Source: Spirochaetia bacterium
GTDB lineage: Bacteria > Spirochaetota > Spirochaetia > SZUA-6 > Bin103
DNA: 64,000 nt
Assembly (NCBI GenBank): GCA_965208575.1
Contig: CBDBOV010000004.1
Span: 864,001 to 928,000, forward strand
Reading direction: 5' to 3'
Part shown: positions 21,053-29,452 of the stretch, piece by piece
Layout of the letters: every line of letters begins with the position of its first letter
Position numbering within the stretch: the stretch's first letter is position 1
Program-made: the position numbers and the translations under genes
The notes under the pieces: generated by a model
Databases searched by the model: none
What the model saw: only the letters and a program-made list of their open reading frames with translations
What the model was told of the DNA's origin: nothing

Positions 21053-21454
21053 ATGAGCGAGGCTGGAAGCAGCCGGAAAGCACCACCATCCGGCATAGAC
21101 GAAGATACCAGGCATTAACTGGCCACGCTTGCAAGAAGGAGTCGGGCGCGCATTACCGAGTTTCGTCGGGACCGGCCGACGGAATGGCGCCCACAGGAGG
21201 TACGCAACCCCGACGGCCTACTCGCACCGTACTTCACCGATGCCGATGCTTGGGAGTTGATCGCGTCACGGCTGGAGCGCGGCCACCAGGTTGAGGTCGT
21301 CGAGTTGCGCAAACCACCAGGCCGTACCGGGTACGTCATGATGATCAATCTTGGCACGGACGAGATCTATGTGAAGCTGCAGTTGGGAGCCGGATAAATC
21401 ATCGGACGTAGCTTCCACTATTCCAAGCATGATCGAAAGGAACCTAACAAGTGA
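21053..21454 (+). pseudogene. MqsR-like toxin with two in-frame TAA stops
   Basis: MSEAG...DTRH*LATLARR...GYVMMINLGTDEIYVKLQLGAG*IIGRSFHYS...*. TAA at 21116 and 21395. IYVKL...SFH resembles the MqsR/RelE C-terminal core. The final TGA overlaps the antitoxin GTG. Confidence 0.7.
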
Positions 21455-22017
21455 ATCCAACCGATGCCGTACGAGCGACAGACGACAGTTCATTCGGAGA
21501 CCTGACTTGCCCCATCTGTGGCGAAGCTGGCGTGGTCACTTACGATCATCACGACACATTCGAGTACGGATCGGGTGAGGCTGCGGTCACGTTGCAGGTC
21601 GAACTCCCCATTCGCCGCTGCGAAGCATGCGACTTCGAGTTCCTTGATCAAGAAGGAGAACGACTAAAGCACGAGGCCGTGTGCCGACACCTTGGTGTCC
21701 TTACTTCGACTGAGATACGCCAGATTCGCAAACGATACGGGATGACGCGATCCTCATTTGCTGAGTTTACTGGGCTTGGAGAGGCTACTCTGAACCGTTG
21801 GGAAAACGGCGTGGTTATTCAGAATCGAGCCAACGACCGCTATCTGCGGCTTCTTGGTATAGAAGATATATTCCATAGGCTAACAGACTTGCATGCGCGT
21901 ACCAATGCGCCGCTGGAGAAACCAGATTCCACCCAGCGATCTCACTTTCGCGTCCTTAGGGTGTCACCAGACCATCGACGACGTCAGGCTCATTTCCAAC
22001 TCCGAAAGGCAAGTTGA
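21451..22017 (+). CDS. mqsA: MqsA-like antitoxin (zinc finger + XRE HTH) with C-terminal extension
   Basis: CPICG...RRCEACDFEF, EIRQIRKRYGMTRSSFAEFTGLGEATLNRWENG..IQNRANDRYLRLL. Confidence 0.85.
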   Translation: MNPTDAVRATDDSSFGDLTCPICGEAGVVTYDHHDTFEYGSGEAAVTLQVELPIRRCEACDFEFLDQEGERLKHEAVCRHLGVLTSTEIRQIRKRYGMTRSSFAEFTGLGEATLNRWENGVVIQNRANDRYLRLLGIEDIFHRLTDLHARTNAPLEKPDSTQRSHFRVLRVSPDHRRRQAHFQLRKAS

Positions 22018-23867
22018 GTACTATGTATGTCGCAACGTTTTATTCGTTCAAGGGTGGCGTCGGAAGAACTATGGCCCTTGTCAACGTGGCCGTGGAACTG
22101 ACCCGTAAGGGGCGCCGAGTACTTGCCGTAGACTTTGATCTTGAGGCACCGGGACTTGATACTTTCGACCTGGCTCGCCCTAGTGGGGAGTCTCCAGGTG
22201 TAATAGATTTTGTAAGCACCTATGCTAGCACTGGGGCGTCACCAGACGTAGCGCAGTTCATGTTCGAGTGCTCCAACCTAACAAGTGGTGATGGTTCCTT
22301 GTGGATAATGCCAGCGGGTGCACATCGCGACAGCTACGCGACAACGTTCGCAGAGATCGATTGGGCTGATTTATATGAGAATCATGACGGCTACTTGCTG
22401 TTCGAGGATCTAAAGGAACAGTGGAGGGAATTGATCAATCCTGACTACGTCCTGATTGATTCGCGTACCGGCCATACCGACATCGGCGGCATCTGCACTC
22501 GTCAACTTCCGGACGCGGTAGTGGTGCTGTTTTTTCCGAATGCTCAGAATCTTCGGGGATTGACCAAGGTAGTCCACGACATCCGAGCGGAGGAATCCGA
22601 TCCTGCTGAAAGAGCGATCGATCTCCACTTCGTTATGTCCAACGTTCCAGACCTTGACGATGAAGACAAAATCCTCGAAGAGAGCATTGCTTCATTCCAA
22701 ACGAAGCTCGGGTTTCGTGTGGAACCGTTGCTGATCCATCGTTACGATAGCCTATCGCTGCTCAATCAGGTGATCTTTACCAAGGATCGGCCGCGGAGCC
22801 GGCTTGCTCGAGAATATGCCACCCTCGCGATAGAGATTATGCGCCTAAATCCGTTGGACCGGGACGGCGCCCTGATGTATATCGACGGCCTGTCTCGGAA
22901 CAATCGGACCGGTCAAGGTTCCACGAGCCACCGGACAAGCGTCGACGATCACCTGCGAAGAATCGAGACGAACCACTCTTGCGACGGCGAGGTCCTGTAT
23001 CGTGCCGGATCTCTGCGTGCGGAAGACGGCCGATTCGATGATGCGGTCGCGCTATTTGGTTCCGCTATAGATGCAGGTTACCGTGCGCCGGACGTGTTTC
23101 TCAGGAGAGCCGACATTAGACGGTTCGAAAATGATCGCGACGGGGCGAGTATCGATGCTGCTCAAGCTCTTCAATTGTCAGATGCGACAGCTGTACAGGT
23201 GCGACGTGCTCTTGCAATGATCCCGCCGGGGGAACTTGTCGATGTCGCGAACTCACCAGCCATTACTTCATTGTCCCCTGAAGATCGGGTACGAGTCGCT
23301 TCCGACTACAATCGGTCCACGTTCACTGCTGAGACCACGCACAACATACTCCGCCCTCTGCTGAGTGACCCCAGTCTATCATCGGACTTGCGAACTCGAG
23401 TGAGGAATGAATTTATACTTGCGTCAATATCCGTAGGTAGATTCTCCGAGGCAATCACGATCTCTCGTGAAGAAGAGTCGAGTCTAGAAAAAATGGACAT
23501 CCAGTTCTCGTTCAACTATGGGATGGCATTGTGGGGCAAGACGGGACACATAACACAAGATCCATTCGCACGGGTTGTGGATCTTGACCGGCGGCACCCC
23601 AGAGAAGATCCGGGGCCCAACTTCCTGCAGTGCATGTCGATTTCACATTGGGCAGTTGGTGAAGTAAACAGAGCACGTGACGTGCTGGAAAAAGCACGTC
23701 AAATGATCACTCGACGCCCTCGAGAATTTAGTTGCTGGAGATATTCTCACGTCTTGCGACGCGAATTTGATCAGGACATTCAGGAGATCCGTCTGATGAT
23801 CGATGGTGACGATACAGTACTCCCTCGATATATGCGAAGTGAGGGGCATCGTTCACTAATGTACTGA
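22014..23867 (+). CDS. ParA/MinD-type (KGGVGR motif) ATPase fused to a TPR-like helical C-terminus
   Basis: TFYSFKGGVGRT, VLAVDFDLEAPGL, DYVLIDSRTG, then helical repeats (GEVLYRAGSL..EDGRFDDAVALFGSAI; FNYGMALWG). TTG overlaps the mqsA stop; ATG 22023 is an alternative start. Confidence 0.85.
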   Translation: MSTMYVATFYSFKGGVGRTMALVNVAVELTRKGRRVLAVDFDLEAPGLDTFDLARPSGESPGVIDFVSTYASTGASPDVAQFMFECSNLTSGDGSLWIMPAGAHRDSYATTFAEIDWADLYENHDGYLLFEDLKEQWRELINPDYVLIDSRTGHTDIGGICTRQLPDAVVVLFFPNAQNLRGLTKVVHDIRAEESDPAERAIDLHFVMSNVPDLDDEDKILEESIASFQTKLGFRVEPLLIHRYDSLSLLNQVIFTKDRPRSRLAREYATLAIEIMRLNPLDRDGALMYIDGLSRNNRTGQGSTSHRTSVDDHLRRIETNHSCDGEVLYRAGSLRAEDGRFDDAVALFGSAIDAGYRAPDVFLRRADIRRFENDRDGASIDAAQALQLSDATAVQVRRALAMIPPGELVDVANSPAITSLSPEDRVRVASDYNRSTFTAETTHNILRPLLSDPSLSSDLRTRVRNEFILASISVGRFSEAITISREEESSLEKMDIQFSFNYGMALWGKTGHITQDPFARVVDLDRRHPREDPGPNFLQCMSISHWAVGEVNRARDVLEKARQMITRRPREFSCWRYSHVLRREFDQDIQEIRLMIDGDDTVLPRYMRSEGHRSLMY

Positions 23868-23925
23868 AACCTCCCCTTACCTCTACGGAACTGAGACAAT
23901 GAGCCGTGAGGCCAACGGGCGGCGC

Positions 23926-24909
23926 TCATCCTTCTCTTGCACTCGTGCTGTCCAGCTCCATTTTCGTGCGGTAGGCGGGGACTTCGATCATCGGGGGGCG
24001 CTCGACGATGCGGATTTCGTGGGCCAGTTCCTCGTGGCGGCCCTGGTCGACCATGAACTGATTCAGGGTGGTGTTCAGGGCGGGCAGGTCGCCGATGATC
24101 TCCAGCGAGTCGATCCGCTGCAGGAAGGTCTGCAGGATGCCGAACGCCATCCGGCCGAGCGCGTCGGTGGACTGGTTGGTGTGGATGCGCCGGTCCAGGT
24201 CGGTCTGCGCGAAGGCGCCCATGCCCCAGCGGTGGTACACGTCGATGAGGTGCGAGGTCTCCACGCCGTAGCCGACCGGAAACGGGATCTGCTCCAGCAC
24301 CTCGCGGCGCACGGCGTACTCCCCCGACAGCGGCTGGATCAGCGCCGACAACTCGGGGAAGAACAGCGAGAACAGGGGGCGGATCAGGATCTCGGTAACG
24401 CGACCCCCGCCGGACGGACGCAGCCGTCCCGATTCGGCCAGCGGGCGGTCGTAGAACGCCTTGACGTAGGACACCTCCGGCATGCTCAGCAGCGGCCCCA
24501 CCAGGCCGTACACGAAGCGCGGGTGGATGTTGCGGATGTCGGCGTCGACGTACACGATGATGTCGCCGGACAACTGGAATATCGCCTTCCACAGGTTCTC
24601 GCCCTTGCCGCGGTGATGGCCGCACTCCGGCAGGATTTCCGCCGCCGGGTACACGTCCGCGCCGAACGCGCGCGCCACCTCGCGGGTGGCGTCGTCGGAG
24701 CCGGAATCGATCACCGCGATCTCGTCGAGCAGCCGGTGCCGGTCCATCAACTCCGACTTCAGCACCACGATCTCCTTGCCGATGGTGCGCTCCTCGTTGA
24801 GGGTGGGTATGCACAGCGAGATCGACACGCCCGCTTCCCGCTTGCGCCGCTCCAGTTCGGCGACGTCGAACTGGCCGTGATGGAAGGTGTTGCTCGCCAG
24901 CCAGCTCAT
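23926..24909 (-). CDS. gpgS: Glucosyl-3-phosphoglycerate synthase
   Basis: IPTLNEERTIG, VIDSGSDDAT, GKGENLWK, YVDADI, VKAFYDRP, GGRVTE..RP, QPLSGEYA, GYGVE. Confidence 0.9.
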   Translation of the reverse strand: MSWLASNTFHHGQFDVAELERRKREAGVSISLCIPTLNEERTIGKEIVVLKSELMDRHRLLDEIAVIDSGSDDATREVARAFGADVYPAAEILPECGHHRGKGENLWKAIFQLSGDIIVYVDADIRNIHPRFVYGLVGPLLSMPEVSYVKAFYDRPLAESGRLRPSGGGRVTEILIRPLFSLFFPELSALIQPLSGEYAVRREVLEQIPFPVGYGVETSHLIDVYHRWGMGAFAQTDLDRRIHTNQSTDALGRMAFGILQTFLQRIDSLEIIGDLPALNTTLNQFMVDQGRHEELAHEIRIVERPPMIEVPAYRTKMELDSTSAREG

Positions 24910-26090
24910 TCGCAGTAGCCGCCGTCCATGGCCAGCACGATGCCCAGGAGCTGCGCCAGCCCGGTGTAGATCGGCGCGATGCGAACCGCCTCGTTGCGCT
25001 GGCCCATCGACTCGCCGGAAGTAAGCCCCACCGTGACCGCCGGCACGCCCTGGTCGATGAACGCGGACAGCTCGGAGGTGCTCGGCGACAGGCGCGGCGT
25101 GAGCGACAGGCTCTGCATCACGCGCCTCGTGCGGCGCACCAGCGGATGGGTGAACGCGATGCCGCCCGGGCGCCGGCGGGCGAAGATGTTCAAACCGATG
25201 TCGGCGCCGGCCTGCGACGAAACCTCTTCGATGATCTCCGAGATCTCCTGCAGCAGCCGGCGCACGGTGGCGCCCGACTCGCTACGTACCTCGAACTGCA
25301 GCGCGGCGCGGGTGGCGATCGTGCTCGCCGAGGTGCCGCCGTCGATGCGCCCGAGTACGATGGCGGTGCGCGGCCGGTCGGGCGTGGGTATCTCCAGCAT
25401 CCGGGTGATGATGTCGTTGAGCGTGGAGATGGCGCCGCCGGCCCCGAACCGGCTCCAGTCGTATTCCTCCGGCACCTCGCAGGTTATCTCGCCGCGAATC
25501 ATCCCGATCGAGGTGTAGCTGAGCCGCCCGAGCTGCACGCCCTCCACGCACAGGCCGAACTGCAGCGGCAGCTTGGCGTGGTCCAGGAAGAAGCGCACCC
25601 CCTCCAGGTTGCCGCGCCCCAGGCCGCGGCTGCACGCCAGCCCGAGCACGGTGGAGCGCAGAGTCAAACCGAGCCGCTCCAGCACCGCGGGCAGGGCGGC
25701 CACCACGGCGAGACCGAGGGAATTCTCCGCCACCGATGGCCCGATAACCCGCTCCGGCTGCACCATCACCGTGTGATCGACGGTGGCCGCCACCGGCGTG
25801 TCGGTGTGCGCGACCAGCAGGATGTTGCGGTCGGCCGTGCCGTTCTCGCTGCCGCGCAGCACGCCGGCCACGTTGCCCACCTCATCGGTCGAGCAGTCGG
25901 AGTAACCCAGCTCCGCGAACCGCTCCTGCACAAACGCGGCGCGCGCCGCCTCGTCGAAGGTGGGCGCCGGGATTTCGGCGATCATCGCCAGGTTGGCGAG
26001 CAGCACGTCCTGCAGCCCGCGCAGCGCCTCCGGCAGCTCGCCGACCCGCTGCACGATGCTCTCGAACCCTGTGACCGTCCTCTCGTTCAC
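24906..26090 (-). CDS. M20/M25/M40 peptidase-fold protein (metal/catalytic residues partly degenerate)
   Basis: EIPAPTFDE..RA, DEVGNV, LLVAHTDT, GRIDGGTS, EVRSES. Stop overlaps the gpgS start. Start uncertain (ORF open to 26132). Confidence 0.75.
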   Translation of the reverse strand: MNERTVTGFESIVQRVGELPEALRGLQDVLLANLAMIAEIPAPTFDEAARAAFVQERFAELGYSDCSTDEVGNVAGVLRGSENGTADRNILLVAHTDTPVAATVDHTVMVQPERVIGPSVAENSLGLAVVAALPAVLERLGLTLRSTVLGLACSRGLGRGNLEGVRFFLDHAKLPLQFGLCVEGVQLGRLSYTSIGMIRGEITCEVPEEYDWSRFGAGGAISTLNDIITRMLEIPTPDRPRTAIVLGRIDGGTSASTIATRAALQFEVRSESGATVRRLLQEISEIIEEVSSQAGADIGLNIFARRRPGGIAFTHPLVRRTRRVMQSLSLTPRLSPSTSELSAFIDQGVPAVTVGLTSGESMGQRNEAVRIAPIYTGLAQLLGIVLAMDGGYCE

Positions 26091-26159
26091 GCTGCCCGCA
26101 ATGGTACCCGGTGTCCCGCCTCGTGACCACACGGCGTCATCGACTTCTTGATCTGCCCT

Positions 26160-26358
26160 TCAGCAGGCGTTCGGCTTCAGGTCAGCGCTCATGCAACTCG
26201 TCACGGGTCCACTTCGCCAACCCGCGCCGCGACGTGGCGGCCTCGGACAGCGCCAAAGATCCGCAACCGCGGCGCGGCGGCGCTTCCCCATCCCTGCGTA
26301 CGCCTTGAGGAACTGGCGGAGGACGGCGTTCACGGAGTTGTCTTCCTTGCGACCTTGT
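26160..26358 (-). pseudogene. Decayed antitoxin (DUF6364/VapB-like) with a stub of the downstream toxin
   Basis: SVNAVLRQFLKAYAG...AVADL, frameshift, LALSEAATSRRGLAKWTRDELHER*, followed by an overlapping short MSADLKPNAC*. Confidence 0.55.
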
Positions 26359-26385
26359 GGCCGAGAACCGGGCGAAGAAGCCAAG

Positions 26386-26865
26386 TCAGCCGCGACCGAC
26401 CCAGCCGACTCCGTCGCCGGTGTCCTGGCGGATGCGTTCGCTGAGCTGGCCGGTGTGGTGCTGGAGGTGGCGGAGGTTGTAGGCCAGCCGCTCCACCGGG
26501 CCGAACGGCAGCCAGGAGAAGCCCGACTCGGCGGCCAGGTCCAGTGCGGCGATGCGGTTCCGCGCGTGCTCGCGGCAGAATGCCAGGAACTCCAGGATGC
26601 TCGCGCGCGAATAGGGCTGCACTCCGGGCCGGAGATTCTGCGCTTCGTCGCGGTGGCCGCTCCACGGGACGTGCTCGTCCACGGTCCGGAACAGGTACAG
26701 GTTCACGTAGAACAGCGTGTGGTAGGCGATATGCCAGAACCGGTTGACGTGGGCATCGCTGTCCCAGGCGTCGTCCGGGCACGCCCGCACCGCCGCCTCC
26801 AGCATGTCAAGGCCTGCTTGATACTGCGAATCGAACGCCGAACGAATGGAATCTTCTGCTGACAC
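26386..26865 (-). CDS. DinB family protein
   Basis: SQYQAGLDML..AV.ACPD..W, FWHIAYHTLFY, YNLRHLQHHTGQL (His triad). Confidence 0.85.
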   Translation of the reverse strand: MSAEDSIRSAFDSQYQAGLDMLEAAVRACPDDAWDSDAHVNRFWHIAYHTLFYVNLYLFRTVDEHVPWSGHRDEAQNLRPGVQPYSRASILEFLAFCREHARNRIAALDLAAESGFSWLPFGPVERLAYNLRHLQHHTGQLSERIRQDTGDGVGWVGRG

Positions 26866-26919
26866 GCCGCCAATGCTATGTCCTGATCCGCGGATCATCA
26901 AGCCGGTTCAAGGGAGAGC

Positions 26920-26955
26920 TTGTACTTCGCAAACGCGTAAATTACAGTTATGCGT
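26920..26955 (+). promoter_or_regulatory. vapBC promoter with overlapping operator palindrome
   Basis: TTGTAC (26920), 17 bp, TACAGT (26943). Inverted repeat acgcgtaa (26933) / ttatgcgt (26948). Confidence 0.6.
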
Positions 26956-27237
26956 ATGAAAGTAACGGTGTCCACCACTTGGGCCGCACGCAACCTTGGC
27001 GACTGCCTGGCCCGGATCAAGCACACCGGCGATGAGTTCGTGCTGGTCAAGAACGGCAAACCGGTCGCCGAACTCGTGCCGGTCGCAGGTTCGCGCAGGG
27101 CAACCTTGCGCCAAGTCTGGGATGCCCTCGCGAGCATCCGCCCCGACGCCAGCTTCGCAGACGATCTGAGCACGGTCAACGAAGCTGATCGCATCCTGGA
27201 CAACCCGTGGGATTCGTCCTCGACACCTCGGCACTGA
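26956..27237 (+). CDS. Phd/YefM-family antitoxin
   Basis: [17 protein letters not shown]...[21 protein letters not shown] 26950 is an alternative start. Confidence 0.85.
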   Translation: MKVTVSTTWAARNLGDCLARIKHTGDEFVLVKNGKPVAELVPVAGSRRATLRQVWDALASIRPDASFADDLSTVNEADRILDNPWDSSSTPRH

Positions 27238-27665
27238 TCCAACTGGAGCGTGCACTCCAAGCGGGGGACTCGGAACGCATGGAGTGGGACGACGAACTGG
27301 TGTTGCCGGCGGTGGTGTGGGCGGAGGCCTTGATCGGCGTTCGAATGGCGGACTCCGCGGCTCGCGCTGCGCGCCGCAGAGCTCACCTGGAGACGATACG
27401 CGCGCACACCGGGATAGAACCGTTCAGCGCGACGGTGGCCGAACACTACGCGGACATCTACGCGGAACTGTCGGCCCGGGGAGCGCTGATCCCGCAGAAC
27501 GACATGGCGGTCGCGGCCACTGCGCGGGAGTTGGGTTTCGGAGTGCTGGTGGGTCCGGCAGACGAGGCCCACTTCAGGCGCGTACCAGGCATGGCGGTCA
27601 AGGTCATCCCGGCGCACGCTCGCAAGCCGGATCAAGGCACGGACCACGGTACGACACGCGCGTGA
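27207..27665 (+). CDS. vapC: PIN-domain (VapC) toxin
   Basis: [36 protein letters not shown]. Overlaps the antitoxin. Confidence 0.88.
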   Translation: MGFVLDTSALIQLERALQAGDSERMEWDDELVLPAVVWAEALIGVRMADSAARAARRRAHLETIRAHTGIEPFSATVAEHYADIYAELSARGALIPQNDMAVAATARELGFGVLVGPADEAHFRRVPGMAVKVIPAHARKPDQGTDHGTTRA

Positions 27666-27715
27666 CTGGGCGGACCCGACAGGCGGGCGAACCTCGAAGC
27701 AGTGCAAGGGACGGC

Positions 27716-29257
27716 GTGAGCAGCACGCTCCCGATCAACCTCGCCAACCTGCTGCACGGGCGCGGTGTGGAGTCGGCGCGGGTGGAGTTCAAGGCCACCT
27801 GGGATCCGGACACGACCGGGCCGCAGGTGCTCAAGACGATCTGCGCGTTCGCCAACGACTACCACAACCTGAACGGCGGCTACGTGGTCATCGGCGTCGC
27901 CGAACGCGACGGACGTGCCCTCCTGCCGCCGGCCGGTCTTGCGCCCGCCGAGCTGGCGGCGGCGCAGCAGTGGCTGCGCGGCAACTGCAACCGCCTCGAC
28001 CCGCAATACCAACCGCTGCTTTCGCCCGAAGTGGTGAGCGGGCGGCATGTCCTGGTCGTGTGGGCGCCGGCGAGCCAGATTCGCCCGCACCGGGCGCCGG
28101 ACGGCCCGCGCGGACCGCTGCGCTACTGGCTGCGCCTGGGAGCCGATACCGTGGACGCGGAACAGCGGGGTGGACTGCTTCGAGAACTGATCGGGCAGAC
28201 CGCGCGCGTGCCGTGGGACGACCGCCGGGCCGTGGACGCCGGCCTCACCGACCTGCACGAAATGGCGGTCAGGGAGCACCTGCACGAGGTCGGCAGCGGG
28301 CTTACCGAAGAAAACGACGCGGCGGAGATCTACCGCCGCATGGGCATCACCATGCGGGTCAACGACCACGACGTGCCGCGCAACGTCGGACTGCTGTTCT
28401 TCGCGGCCGAACCGGCACGCTGGTTCCGCGGCGCCTGGATCGATTGCGCGCTGTTCGCCGCCGGCGGCACCGGCGACGTGCAGGAGGAGCAGGAGTTTCG
28501 CGGCGGGCTGGCACGACAGGTGCGCAACTGCCTCCGCTACCTGTACGGGCGCTCGCCGGTCCACATGCGCAAGGTGCCGGACCGGATCGAGGCGCGCCGT
28601 TGGCGGGCATATCCCGAGGTGGCGCTGCGCGAGACCCTGGTCAACGCGCTCTATCACCGCGGCTACGAGCCGGACGTGGTGGAGCCGACCAAAGTGTACC
28701 TGTACCCGGATCGCCTGGAGATCATCAGCTATCCCGGCCCGGCCGCGGGGATCGAACCGGAACACTTCGCGATGCGGTCCCCGTTTCCCACGGTCCCTGC
28801 CCGCAACCGCCGCATCGGCGAATTGCTCAAGGAACTGGGACTCGCCGAGGCACGCCTCACCGGGCTGCGCAAGGTGGCTTCCGCGATGGCCGCCAACGGG
28901 TCCCCGGCGCCGCGCTACGACTTCGATGAAGGCCGCACCTACTTTCGCGTCACGCTGCCCGCCCATCCGCAGTACGCCGCTCTTGCCGCGGTCCGCGACG
29001 CCGCCGAACTGCGCGCCATGGGGGAGGCGGACGCGGCGCACCGTCTAATCGCGTCCGCCTGGGGTTCGAACCGGACCTCCGCGGCGCTGGCGGCCGAGTT
29101 GATCCGATCGCACGCCGGGCGCGGCGAACTGGACCAAGCAGAGCGGGTGCTGGAAGCATTCGCCCGGTACCAGAAGGAGGCAGACCAGGAGGGTGCGGCG
29201 GACCTGCGCGAGGCCTTGGAACTCGTGGAGGCGCTCCGGCGCAGCCGGCGAAACTGA
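27716..29257 (+). CDS. Schlafen/AlbA_2 + HATPase_c_4 protein with helical C-terminal tail
   Basis: ESARVEFKATW, ICAFANDYHNLNGGYVVIGV, YPEVALRETLVNALYHRGY, RNRRIGELLKELGLAE. GTG 27716 chosen by similarity to the paralog's N-terminus. Confidence 0.85.
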   Translation: MSSTLPINLANLLHGRGVESARVEFKATWDPDTTGPQVLKTICAFANDYHNLNGGYVVIGVAERDGRALLPPAGLAPAELAAAQQWLRGNCNRLDPQYQPLLSPEVVSGRHVLVVWAPASQIRPHRAPDGPRGPLRYWLRLGADTVDAEQRGGLLRELIGQTARVPWDDRRAVDAGLTDLHEMAVREHLHEVGSGLTEENDAAEIYRRMGITMRVNDHDVPRNVGLLFFAAEPARWFRGAWIDCALFAAGGTGDVQEEQEFRGGLARQVRNCLRYLYGRSPVHMRKVPDRIEARRWRAYPEVALRETLVNALYHRGYEPDVVEPTKVYLYPDRLEIISYPGPAAGIEPEHFAMRSPFPTVPARNRRIGELLKELGLAEARLTGLRKVASAMAANGSPAPRYDFDEGRTYFRVTLPAHPQYAALAAVRDAAELRAMGEADAAHRLIASAWGSNRTSAALAAELIRSHAGRGELDQAERVLEAFARYQKEADQEGAADLREALELVEALRRSRRN

Positions 29258-29452
29258 ATACGGAGTCCAGGCAGCGGTCAAGGCCGCCCAGCCCCCAGCC
29301 TGCCCTCAGCCTGCCCCCAGCCCCAGACGCCCAAGCGCTTGTCCTCGACGCAAGTGGTCACCCGCATCCGCCAGGCTCCGCGCGCGGCCATCGGCAACAC
29401 CGGCGATCCGAGCTTGACCGGCGGCGCGGTCTGTCTCCACGATGCCCGCGTG

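Noticed and set aside
21116-21397. Stop-codon recoding (TAA read as sense) in the toxin
   Set aside because: TAA terminates ordinary genes in this window (e.g. at 40501 and 62749). Nonsense mutation is the simpler explanation.
29287-29335. Short C-rich tandem motif (cagcctgccc-like)
   Set aside because: Only two to three imperfect low-complexity copies, with no evident function.
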